DNA of 64,000 nucleotides from Bacillota bacterium (lineage in GTDB: Bacteria; Bacillota; Clostridia; Christensenellales; UMGS416), in assembly GCA_023422005.1 (NCBI GenBank), contig JAEZSC010000186.1, forward strand, positions 30,219 through 94,218. Reading direction: 5' to 3'. The notes under the pieces were generated by a model. That model was not told the DNA's origin. It saw nothing but the letters and a program-made list of their open reading frames with translations, and searched no databases. This document shows positions 43,569-52,245 of the stretch, piece by piece; the first letter of the stretch is position 1; each line of letters begins with the position of its first letter. The position numbers were made by a program, and so were the translations under genes.

Positions 43569-44246
43569 ATGCACATCCTTGTGGCCGACGACGAGGCCCG
43601 CATCCGCGAAGCCATCCGCGAATACGCCGAGTTCGAGGGCTGGCAGGTGACCGAGGCCAGCGACGGCATGCAGGCCGTGGAGCTGGCCCGCCAGCAGCGC
43701 TTCGACGTGGCGGTGCTGGACATCATGATGCCCCGGCTGGACGGCTTTTCCGCGTGCAAGGAAATCCGAAAGAAGAGCGATATGCCGGTGCTGATGCTCT
43801 CCGCCCGCGGCGAGGAATACGACAAGCTCTTCGGCTTCGAGCTGGGGATCGACGATTACGTCGTAAAGCCCTTCAGCGGCAAGGAGCTCATGGCGCGCCT
43901 GCGGGCCATCGTGGCCCGCAGCCAAGCCAGAGAGGCCCAGAGCGAGACCCGGTTGGAAACACTGCGCTTTGAGGGGCTGGAGGTGGACTTCCAGGGCCGC
44001 CGGGTGCTGGTGGACGGCCAGCCCGTGCCCATGACGCCCAAGGAATACGACCTGCTTTTCTTCCTGGTGCGCAACCGCAACATCGCATTCTCGCGCGAGC
44101 AGCTCTTGAGCTCCGTGTGGGGCTATGAGTATTTCGGTGAAGACCGCACCGTGGACGCCCATATCAAGATGGTGCGGGCAAGCCTGGGGCCCTACCGCAA
44201 GTTCATCGTCACGCTGCGCGCCATGGGGTATAAATTTGAAGCTTAA
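43569..44246 (+). CDS. OmpR/PhoB family response regulator
   Basis: REC domain with DVAVLDIMMP (phospho-Asp) and a winged-helix output (LTPKEYDLLFFL...GYKF). A perfect TATAAT lies at 43540-43545. Confidence 0.9.
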   Translation: MHILVADDEARIREAIREYAEFEGWQVTEASDGMQAVELARQQRFDVAVLDIMMPRLDGFSACKEIRKKSDMPVLMLSARGEEYDKLFGFELGIDDYVVKPFSGKELMARLRAIVARSQAREAQSETRLETLRFEGLEVDFQGRRVLVDGQPVPMTPKEYDLLFFLVRNRNIAFSREQLLSSVWGYEYFGEDRTVDAHIKMVRASLGPYRKFIVTLRAMGYKFEA

Positions 44247-45726
44247 ACCGGACGTCAAAAGCATAGGGTTCCGTGTGTGGATCTATATGATGCTCTTTTC
44301 GCTGGCTGTTTTGGCCATGCTGTGGCTCATGCAGGTCGTCTTCATTAACGGGTTCTACCAGAGCATGAAGACCCAAGGCATCAAGACTGCCGCCGGCAAG
44401 ATCGCCACGCTTTACACCCAGGTGCAGGGGCAGGCGTTCGAAGTAGGGTTGGACGCCATCGCCAACCAACGGGATCTGTTCGTCATCATCATGGATCGCG
44501 AGGGCAGGTCTGTTCTGTATGCCAAGAACCCCGAGAACCGGGACTATCGAACGCCGCTGGAGAGGCTGGACCGGCCGCCGGGCTTGCCGGGGCCGCAGAA
44601 CCTGCGCGGCAGCATCTTTGAGCAGTTTGCATCGGTGGTGCGCGCCGCGGGCAGTGCCGAGGTCACGCACAGCTTTGAGGACCGCCGGGGCAGCGCCATG
44701 CTGCTGTACGGCAACCTGATTGCCGACAGCGCGGGCAACCAGGCGCTGCTGGTCATCAGCTCTCCGCTGCAGCCGCTGGACGACACCGTGCGCATCCTGC
44801 GCGCGCAACTGGTCTATGTGACGCTGGCGGTGCTGGCACTGGCGCTGGTCGTGTCGGTGGTCATCGCTCTGCGGGTCAGCCGGCCGCTCACCCGCATCAC
44901 CGGCAAGGCGGTGCTGCTGGCCCGCGGCCGCTATGACATGGCCTTTGACCGCGGCGGCTATACCGAGGTGGACCAGCTGGCCGACACGCTCAACTACGTT
45001 ACGGCGGAGCTGGGCCAGGTGGAGAGTCTGCGCCGAGAGCTCATCGCTAATGTGAGCCACGACCTGCGCACGCCGCTCACGATGATCAAGCTCTATGCCG
45101 AAATGATCCGCGACCTCAACGGCGACAATCGCACCAAGCGCGAGCAGAACGTGGCCGTCATCATAGAGGAGAGCGACCGGCTGACGGCGCTGGTGCAGAA
45201 CCTGCTGGACCTTTCCCGCCTGCAAAGCGGAGCCCTGCCCTTCCACGCGGAGGCTTTCGACTTGGTTGAGCTCGTGGAGAGCATCCTGACCCGCTATGAC
45301 GCGCTGGTACAGCAGCAGGGTTATCGCTTCCTCTTCGAGCACCCGGACCAGCTGTGGGTGCGCGCCGACCGGGCCCGCATCGAGCAGGTGCTTTATAACC
45401 TGATCAACAACGCCGTGAACCACGCCGGTGCGGACAAGCAGGTTGCGCTCAAGGCCGCGGGATACCGCGACAGCGTGCTGCTCAGCGTGACCGACAACGG
45501 CGAGGGCATCGCTCAGGAGGATCTGGAGCGCATCTGGGACCGCTACTACAAGGTGGACAGGGAACACCGCCGCGATGTGGCCGGCACCGGCCTGGGGCTG
45601 TCCATCGTGAAATCCATACTGGACCAGCACCACGCCAAATATGGCGTGCGCAGCCAAAAGGGCGCGGGGGCCACGTTCTGGTTCGAGCTGCAGCGGGATG
45701 CAAGCGACGACATAGGGCAGGATTGA
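44236..45726 (+). CDS. Sensor histidine kinase (two TM, HAMP, HisKA, HATPase_c)
   Basis: H-box SHDLRTPLT, N-box NLINNAVNH, G-boxes DNGEGI and GTGLGLSIV. The TTG 44236 start overlaps the RR gene by 11 nt. ATG 44287 is an alternative. Confidence 0.85.
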   Translation: MKLKPDVKSIGFRVWIYMMLFSLAVLAMLWLMQVVFINGFYQSMKTQGIKTAAGKIATLYTQVQGQAFEVGLDAIANQRDLFVIIMDREGRSVLYAKNPENRDYRTPLERLDRPPGLPGPQNLRGSIFEQFASVVRAAGSAEVTHSFEDRRGSAMLLYGNLIADSAGNQALLVISSPLQPLDDTVRILRAQLVYVTLAVLALALVVSVVIALRVSRPLTRITGKAVLLARGRYDMAFDRGGYTEVDQLADTLNYVTAELGQVESLRRELIANVSHDLRTPLTMIKLYAEMIRDLNGDNRTKREQNVAVIIEESDRLTALVQNLLDLSRLQSGALPFHAEAFDLVELVESILTRYDALVQQQGYRFLFEHPDQLWVRADRARIEQVLYNLINNAVNHAGADKQVALKAAGYRDSVLLSVTDNGEGIAQEDLERIWDRYYKVDREHRRDVAGTGLGLSIVKSILDQHHAKYGVRSQKGAGATFWFELQRDASDDIGQD

Positions 45727-45747
45727 TTATTAAATGGGAGGCTGCTC

Positions 45748-46524
45748 ATGAATTATGGGATCACGGGCAAGAACGCACTGATCAACGGCGGGTCTTCGGG
45801 CATCGGCCTGGGCATCGCCAGGGCATTGGCGGCGGAGGGTGTGCATGTGGCGCTGTGCGCCCGTGACGAAGGCAAGCTGCGACAGGCGGCCGGCGGCATC
45901 GCCGCGGAATTCGGCGTGCGCGCCGTGCCCATCGCCGCCGACGTATCCGCGCCTGAAGCGGCGGAGGATGCCGTGGCGCGGGCGGTGGCGGACTTGGGGG
46001 GGCTGGATATCCTCGTGAACAACTCCGGCGGCCCTGCCGCCGGCGTCTTCGAGGAGCTCTCCGACCAGCAATGGGAGGAAGCCGCCCAACTGTTGCTGAT
46101 GAGTGCGGTGCGCTTCTCCCGGGCGGCGCTGCCACACATGAAGGCCCAGGGGTGGGGGCGCATCCTCAACCTGTGCTCCACATCGGTGCGGGAGCCCATC
46201 GCCGGGCTCATGCTGTCCAACGCGCTGCGCGCGGCGGTCATCGGCCTTTCCAAGACGCTGTCGCAGGAGGCCGGCCCCTACGGGGTCACCGTGAACAGCA
46301 TCCTGCCCGGCCGCATACACACCGGCAGGCTGGAGGCGCTGGCCGACCGCCAGGGCCGCCCCCGGGATCAGGTGTTTGCCGACTGGATCGCGGAGATCCC
46401 CTTGCGACGCCTGGGCAAGCCTGCGGATGTAGGCGCGCTTGCGGCCTTCCTGGCTTCGGAGCCGGCGGGGTATCTGACCGGGTTATCCATCCCTGTCGAT
46501 GGTGGCATGCTAAAGTCTGTATAA
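45748..46524 (+). CDS. SDR family oxidoreductase
   Basis: Rossmann motif NGGSSGIGLGIA, NNSGG, and short-chain dehydrogenase length (258 aa). Confidence 0.85.
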   Translation: MNYGITGKNALINGGSSGIGLGIARALAAEGVHVALCARDEGKLRQAAGGIAAEFGVRAVPIAADVSAPEAAEDAVARAVADLGGLDILVNNSGGPAAGVFEELSDQQWEEAAQLLLMSAVRFSRAALPHMKAQGWGRILNLCSTSVREPIAGLMLSNALRAAVIGLSKTLSQEAGPYGVTVNSILPGRIHTGRLEALADRQGRPRDQVFADWIAEIPLRRLGKPADVGALAAFLASEPAGYLTGLSIPVDGGMLKSV

Positions 46525-46596
46525 CCGTGCGGATATCGCAGAAAGAGGTGCCGCGGCATAGGATGTAGGGAAAATACTCGCAAAGGAGTGATCCCT

Positions 46597-46935
46597 ATGC
46601 CTCCTACCGCGTTTTTTGGCGTCGTCAACTACACCATCGTAGCCGGCGACACGCTTTATAGCATTGCCCGGCGCTACAACACGACCGTCCGCCTCATCAT
46701 GCTTTTCAACCCCGGCGTGGACCCCAACTCCCTGCGCGTGGGGCAGATGATTTTGATCCCGCTTTCACCGCCGGAATCCATGATCTACACCGTGCGCGCC
46801 GGCGACACGCTCTATTCCATCGCCCGCCGCCATGGCACCACGGCGGAATTGCTGGCCCGGTTCAACTATATCGGGCCGCCCTACACGATTTATCCGGGGT
46901 GGCAGCTCGTCGTTCCCGCTTCGCTCAGAGGCTAA
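46597..46935 (+). CDS. Protein with two LysM domains
   Basis: Two LysM repeats (YTIVAGDTLYSIARRYNTTV...; YTVRAGDTLYSIARRHGTTA...). ATG 46597 follows AAAGGAG. Confidence 0.8.
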   Translation: MPPTAFFGVVNYTIVAGDTLYSIARRYNTTVRLIMLFNPGVDPNSLRVGQMILIPLSPPESMIYTVRAGDTLYSIARRHGTTAELLARFNYIGPPYTIYPGWQLVVPASLRG

Positions 46936-47176
46936 AGCCTCTTTCGCTGCGCTTTCGCCTTCGGCGCTGTTGCGCCTTGGCGATTCAGAAGACTTGCATG
47001 TTGTCTGGTTTCCCGCCTGTCGATAACCGTCGGCAGGCGGGCTTTTTGCTGTTTTGGCCCATTCTCCGGGAAAGGAAAACGGGGACCGCTGAGGCGGGGA
47101 TTTAGTGTGCGGTTCTGTCTGGTTGCTCGTTACCTTGGCCGGTTAAACCGGCCGGCAAAAGGTATGCGTCATTGCA

Positions 47177-47266
47177 AGCCCTCTCTCCCAACCTCTCCCC
47201 CAGAGGGGGAGAGGTAAAGTTACATAAAAGTCCCTCCCCCTCCGGGGGAGGGTGCGGGAGAGGGCT
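47177..47266. repeat. 90-nt nested-palindrome element (GGGAGAGGG family), copy 1
   Basis: The outer arms agccctctctcc and gggagagggct enclose hairpins cctctccccc-aga-gggggagagg and ccctccccc-tcc-gggggaggg. Confidence 0.7.
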
Positions 47267-47613
47267 TGAGAGGCGGAAAGGATGAGTAAAGGTTCACCAA
47301 GGAGAATGGTGTTTTTGGCCTGTAAATGAAGAGGCTACTCCATAGGTCACATACTGGCATAAACTTTCAAAGATAGTGCCGAAGGTTTCCAAAGGGCGAC
47401 CGGAGACCTTTGGTCGCGCCCGATGGCACTGCCCCGGCTTGCGGCAACGTCGGCTCTGCCGATGTGAGAGCAAGCCGATAGTTGCGCAAGGCGCAACGAA
47501 GGTCGCGAAATCCTTTTGCATATTTATTGTTGCTCCCTACAGATGGAGCGTGATAAGATTCGATAAACTATAGCGCAAATCCATGTAGGCTAGGCATAGA
47601 CGAGGGATTCACT

Positions 47614-48063
47614 TTGAACCAGAAGGAACAACTCAACGACATCAAGCGCAAACTCCGGGAGCTGAAAGCCCTGGAGATCAAGCTGCGGTTCGGCGGCAAA
47701 AGGCCGGAGGGCTCCGCGTTGGTTTGGGATGACTTTTTCGATCTGCGGGAAGCAGGCAAGGGCAAGGCAAAATACCCATTGGCGATGTTGGCGGCCATGG
47801 ACCACGAGGCGTTTGGGAATGCCGTTGATCAATATTGGGCGTTTGTTTATAATCGGTATTATAAAGAGAATGGCATCCAGGATGCCGAGGTGTTTGACGC
47901 GGCAGAGCTTGACAAGCTGGATCTGCCCTTTGACGCCGATGAGAGCGAGATCAAGAGGCGGTTTCGCCAACTGGCGAAGATCCATCATCCCGATGCCGGC
48001 GGAGATGCCGGGAAGTTCATTGAGTTGATGGAGTTGTATCGGAAACTGATCAACAAAGCATGA
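47614..48063 (+). CDS. Stand-alone J-domain (DnaJ-like) protein
   Basis: C-terminal J domain with ESEIKRRFRQLAKIHHPDAGGD (HPD motif). TTG start. AT-richer islet. Confidence 0.65.
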   Translation: MNQKEQLNDIKRKLRELKALEIKLRFGGKRPEGSALVWDDFFDLREAGKGKAKYPLAMLAAMDHEAFGNAVDQYWAFVYNRYYKENGIQDAEVFDAAELDKLDLPFDADESEIKRRFRQLAKIHHPDAGGDAGKFIELMELYRKLINKA

Positions 48064-48081
48064 CGCTTAGGTTTTTATGGC

Positions 48082-48720
48082 TCAGCCGCAACAAATCGCC
48101 GCAGCCGTTTTCTGCAAAAGTAGAGTTTCTTCCTCTGTGAGCTTCATGGAGATGGCGTCTGTTTCGATTGTGGAGGGTAGGCCAAGTGGATCAATATTGA
48201 AAATCGTCTGAGCCAAAACACATGCGTTCAGATATGCGCCTCTCGCGTTTTGGTGCTCACCGTCATCGGCATATAGATCCACTGTGCCGCGAAGGCTGTG
48301 CCACGCGGGTCCGCATTTGGCTATCCGGCTTCCTGGACATAAAGCATGGAGCGCCGCAAAAGCATCGTCTATTTTCTTCTGACCGTCAGGATTGTTTTTC
48401 TCCGACCAAGTGTTCATGAAGACGGCAGTCGCGTTGGCATCTGAGATCGCTTTGAACAGGTCCAACCCCTGTTCATAAAAAGCTTCGGTTCCATCAAAAG
48501 GATGTGACCTCTGCTGGATGACGACATAGTCATAGCCGCCGTAACGGATGTTCGGCAACGCGCAACCCGATGAAAGATGCCAGCTCCAATCACAGCCCGG
48601 ATATGTAAGCATGGTGGCATGGGCGTCCCTACCCGCCTGTTTGCATACAGCGGTAAATAACCACGGTAGGTTTTCAACATAGGTGTGGCTGTTGCCGATA
48701 AACAGTACATGGGTACTCAT
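48082..48720 (-). CDS. SGNH/GDSL-like hydrolase
   Basis: Block I VLFIGNSHT and block V DDGEHQN (DxxH). Confidence 0.65.
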   Translation of the reverse strand: MSTHVLFIGNSHTYVENLPWLFTAVCKQAGRDAHATMLTYPGCDWSWHLSSGCALPNIRYGGYDYVVIQQRSHPFDGTEAFYEQGLDLFKAISDANATAVFMNTWSEKNNPDGQKKIDDAFAALHALCPGSRIAKCGPAWHSLRGTVDLYADDGEHQNARGAYLNACVLAQTIFNIDPLGLPSTIETDAISMKLTEEETLLLQKTAAAICCG

Positions 48721-49191
48721 CTATTGACTCCCTTCAAAATCCAGCAACCCTTACGCAGGCGACTCTATTTGATCCACTGATATATTACCCCCAGGCGGGC
48801 GTCCTCCCGGCTTTCCACCAGGCCCAGACGGACCATTCTGGAGGCGATGGAGCCGCTGCTTCTGCCCAGTCTCTTGGCATTTTAGCAGTGATATTTGCAT
48901 TTGCCAATGGGTTTGCAAAACAACCCTCCGTCAGGCTGTTGCCTGCCACCTTTCATGCTAAGGGAGACAGGGCGGATGATGTATCCTGTTCGCCTATACG
49001 ACCTGAGGGAGGTCATTTCTCCCCTTTTAAAGGAGAGGCTGGGGGAGAGGGGCTGCCTTCAGAAGAAATGTACATCTTGTGCACAAAACCGAATGAATTG
49101 ATTGTTTTAAAGGAAAGACATATAATGCTTATAATGCGCAGTTGGCTGGTGTGGATTAAGCCTTTTATATTTATTTTGAAGGTGAAGACAT

Positions 49192-49464
49192 TTGGTTATT
49201 CTTTTAGTTGTCTTAGGGATTGTTTTTATCATAGCAGGTATGCTTTGGCTATTTGTCTTCAATATCAGGAAACGAGACATAATTGAGAGGTATGCAAATA
49301 GCAGTCTGTTAGAATATAGAGACGAAGATATTATACCTGAAGAAGTTGCTAAAAAGTTCATTTTGGATGGTATCAGAACTATATTTAGCAAGATTTTATT
49401 ACCATCCATTGTTATTTTGTGTGGAATGTTAGCAATTGTAATTGCGTCATACTTTGGGAAATGA
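49192..49464 (+). CDS. Small two-TM membrane protein, hypothetical
   Basis: 90-aa ORF in a very AT-rich stretch, with two hydrophobic helices. No RBS checked. Weak call. Confidence 0.35.
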   Translation: MVILLVVLGIVFIIAGMLWLFVFNIRKRDIIERYANSSLLEYRDEDIIPEEVAKKFILDGIRTIFSKILLPSIVILCGMLAIVIASYFGK

Positions 49465-49602
49465 GTATTACTAAGCATAACGCGAGGCTGACATTTTCCA
49501 ACTTCTGCGTGAGATTATGAGCATCAGCTGACAGAAATCTAAAAGGCAAGCCCGCTGATTGCTCAGCAGGCTTGCTTCGTTATAAGTTCTCTGTCACCCG
49601 TG

Positions 49603-51375
49603 TTATGCCGGCGGCGCCGACCTTACCTCGTGCTGCGGCGCAGCTTCCTGCGCTCCGCCCCTCTCTACTCTGTAGAAGCTGAACTGACCGGGGAAGACCA
49701 GCAGCTCGAACACCGCGGTCTCTCCGCGGGTGTACAGCGGCTGTATCGCCGGTCGGGTGCTGCCCAGCGGATGCAGCGCTGCGGCATTGCGTGCCAGCAT
49801 GTGCACGCGGTGGGGCTGTGCGCCGTCGGCCACGAAGGGGTAGAGGGCGAACACATCGTTGTCGTAGGCGAAAAGGCCGATCTGCGCCGGGGCGTCCAGC
49901 ACCAGGTCGCCGTAGAAGGCCTGGCGGATGCGCGTGAGCACCGGCTGGGGCAGGCGCTTGAGCTCGGCGAAGTTGTCTGGCACGACCAGCGTGGTCATGG
50001 AGCCTTGGCCGTAGGTGTCTCGCATCAGCAGGCCGAAGTTCTCGTCGCCGGCGATGGCCTTGACTTGGCACCACGTCGTGTTGTTGCGGTATTCCAGCAC
50101 CGGCAGCGTCACGGGTTGGATGCCGTGCTCAATCGTCATCATCCACCCGCCCACAGGCTCGACCATATAATCTACAGCTGTCACGCGGCGGCCGCGGTCC
50201 CGCATGCTGGTCATGCGCGCAAGGCCTTTGTCCAGCGTGGCCCGCACAAAGCCGGAACTGACGACGGCCCGGCCGCCGGCTGTCACATAAGCCTCCAGCT
50301 TTTCCACGATGTCCGCGTCACAGGCGGCGCTGGCCGTCAGGAACACTGCCGGCGCGCTCGCGGGGAAGGCGGGCACAGGCTCAAAGGGGATACCCAGCAT
50401 GCCCAGGTAGTCCTCCAGATGGTCCTCGCCCTGGGAATTGGCCGGGTGATAGACCGGAATGCCCACCGGCTGGCCGGCGTGGTCCATCAGTTCATCCAGC
50501 TTGTGCAGCTGGAAGCCCAGCGGCGGCACGAACACCGTGTCATACAGGCTGTGCCAGCAGAACAGCATAACCTCCCGGGGGCGGCTGAATACGGTCAGAT
50601 AGGCCTGCTCCAGATAGGTGTCCAGCGGGTAGCACCCGTAGGGGTCCAGCCAGCCGCCGCCGTTGCGGCCGGGGGCCAGGTTCTCCATCCAGCGCATCAA
50701 AGAGAAGGATAGATAGCGCGGCAGGTGCTGGTGGGTGTGCACCGGGTGGCGGGTCTCGGTGCCGGTGTAGATCATGTCGAACTGGTCTTTCTGCACGCCG
50801 GGGTTGTAGCCGGCCTCCTGGAAGCTCTCGACCCAGTTGGGGTATTTGATCGTGACGCGGCAGTTGGGGTTCACGGCCTTGGCGGGCTTGAGCACCAGAT
50901 TTTCGCTGACTTCGGCCATCAGGTCCAGGCGGAACCGCTCCCAACTGCGCTCGCCGCGCTGGGCGCGGCAGCTGTCGCATGTGCAGTTTGTGAAATAGAA
51001 ATCATCGATGATGAACTCGTCGAACGCCGCCGCCGTGTGCTCCACGATTTCTTTCATCCGTGCGCGCATGGCCGGGTCGGTGTAGCAGAAGGTGTTGAAG
51101 ATGCGCTGCTTGGGCTGGGCAGGGTTCTGGTCGGCGATGGTCGTCGTGATGCCGCCGGCGGTCTCGATGCCGTGGCGGGCGAAAACGGCGCGCACCATGG
51201 CCAGCTGCTCGCGGCTCACCAGCACGTTGTCGCGGTAGCTCTCCACGTACACCTTGTCCGGCTGCACATGGCGCTGGAAGAAGGCGATCTGCTGCTCCAG
51301 CGAGGCTTCTGTGGCCTTGGCCAGCGAGTCTGCCACGCAATAGATGACCAGCTTGAAATTGCGGTAATTGCCCAT
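49603..51375 (-). CDS. Hypothetical 590-aa protein, possibly a glycoside-hydrolase-like TIM barrel plus a GATase1-like C-terminal half
   Basis: Long ORF with native codon bias. Segments FIIDDFYFTNCTCDSC and KYPNWVESFQEAGYNP resemble GH-like TIM-barrel families. The functional call is a guess. Confidence 0.55.
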   Translation of the reverse strand: MGNYRNFKLVIYCVADSLAKATEASLEQQIAFFQRHVQPDKVYVESYRDNVLVSREQLAMVRAVFARHGIETAGGITTTIADQNPAQPKQRIFNTFCYTDPAMRARMKEIVEHTAAAFDEFIIDDFYFTNCTCDSCRAQRGERSWERFRLDLMAEVSENLVLKPAKAVNPNCRVTIKYPNWVESFQEAGYNPGVQKDQFDMIYTGTETRHPVHTHQHLPRYLSFSLMRWMENLAPGRNGGGWLDPYGCYPLDTYLEQAYLTVFSRPREVMLFCWHSLYDTVFVPPLGFQLHKLDELMDHAGQPVGIPVYHPANSQGEDHLEDYLGMLGIPFEPVPAFPASAPAVFLTASAACDADIVEKLEAYVTAGGRAVVSSGFVRATLDKGLARMTSMRDRGRRVTAVDYMVEPVGGWMMTIEHGIQPVTLPVLEYRNNTTWCQVKAIAGDENFGLLMRDTYGQGSMTTLVVPDNFAELKRLPQPVLTRIRQAFYGDLVLDAPAQIGLFAYDNDVFALYPFVADGAQPHRVHMLARNAAALHPLGSTRPAIQPLYTRGETAVFELLVFPGQFSFYRVERGGAQEAAPQHEVRSAPPA

Positions 51376-51646
51376 GGCGAATCCCTCCTGTGCGAGTCTG
51401 GGAATAGTATACCGTACATGGAAACGTTATTACATGATGATCTGGTATTATCTAGACAATCGGCTTGCCCAAGAACTCCTTATGTGAAGAATAGCAGGAA
51501 GCCGACCGACGGTTTATCCCTGTCAGGAAATGCGCTTGCGCATTTCCGGTCGCCCGCAGGCGAGACGCGGGAGGAAATAGAAAACGAGCAATGGATGGAT
51601 ACAAAAACCGCCCACAGGCGAAAAACGTTTGAATCGCCAAGGTGCT

Positions 51647-51704
51647 ACAGCGCCCAGGATGCAGGGGCGAGCAGGGGCCGAAGGCCCCGACCAGCCGCAG
51701 GCGA
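51647..51704. repeat. 58-bp repeat, left copy of a perfect inverted pair (contains hairpin module copy 3)
   Basis: acagcgcccaggatgcaggggcgagcaggggccgaaggccccgaccagccgcaggcga. Its exact reverse complement lies at 55474-55531. Confidence 0.9.
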
Positions 51705-51710
51705 AGGGCG

Positions 51711-52157
51711 TTAGCCCTCCAGGGCGCCGCCGTGGAAGGCACACTCGTACACCGCCACACCGTCGCGCTCGATGATCTCGTAGCCATAGAACCAATCGAT
51801 ATCACCTTTGGTGCTGCAGCGGTAATGCAATGTGCCTTGCGCAAATTCGGCGGGACCCCGCCACGGCGCTTCCGGCGTGCCCAGCAGCAGCGCGGCCTTC
51901 AGGAAGTCGCCGTCAAAACCATCCGCCAGCACACGGCCCAGGTAGTTCATGGCCCACACCGGCCGGCCTGCGACATAAAGGGCTTCCTCGCCGGCAAAGC
52001 GCGCGCCGCCCAGATAGGTATCCAGGTAACTCAGATCTCCTTCGGAATAGGCCAAGTCGTGGGATTGGGGGCGGGAGGGCTGGGTTTGCGGCCCCTTGCC
52101 GGCGTAGGTGGCTCGCTTGGCGCGCAGCAAAAAGTCGATGTGGTCACGGGTCAGCAT
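51711..52157 (-). CDS. DUF5680 domain protein
   Basis: ATG 52157 (MLTRDHIDFLLRAKRATYAG...YLDTYLGG..FAGEE...PVWAMNY.GRVL...CAFHGG) matches the DUF5680 pattern as I recall it. Confidence 0.6.
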   Translation of the reverse strand: MLTRDHIDFLLRAKRATYAGKGPQTQPSRPQSHDLAYSEGDLSYLDTYLGGARFAGEEALYVAGRPVWAMNYLGRVLADGFDGDFLKAALLLGTPEAPWRGPAEFAQGTLHYRCSTKGDIDWFYGYEIIERDGVAVYECAFHGGALEG

Positions 52158-52245
52158 GGCGAAATCCCCTTTCTCAGGCGTTGCTTGTTCTTTGGTCTGT
52201 CCGTCATTATAATGATTGCGTTCCATCAACAATCCGGGAGGCGTT

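Noticed and set aside
48745-48885. Possible gene remnant. A minus-strand frame reads ..KRLGRSSGSIASRMVRLGLVESREDARLG.., which looks like an HTH fragment.
   Set aside because: Only about 40 codons lie between stops, with no start or RBS. It cannot be assigned to a family by eye and is at best a decayed fragment.
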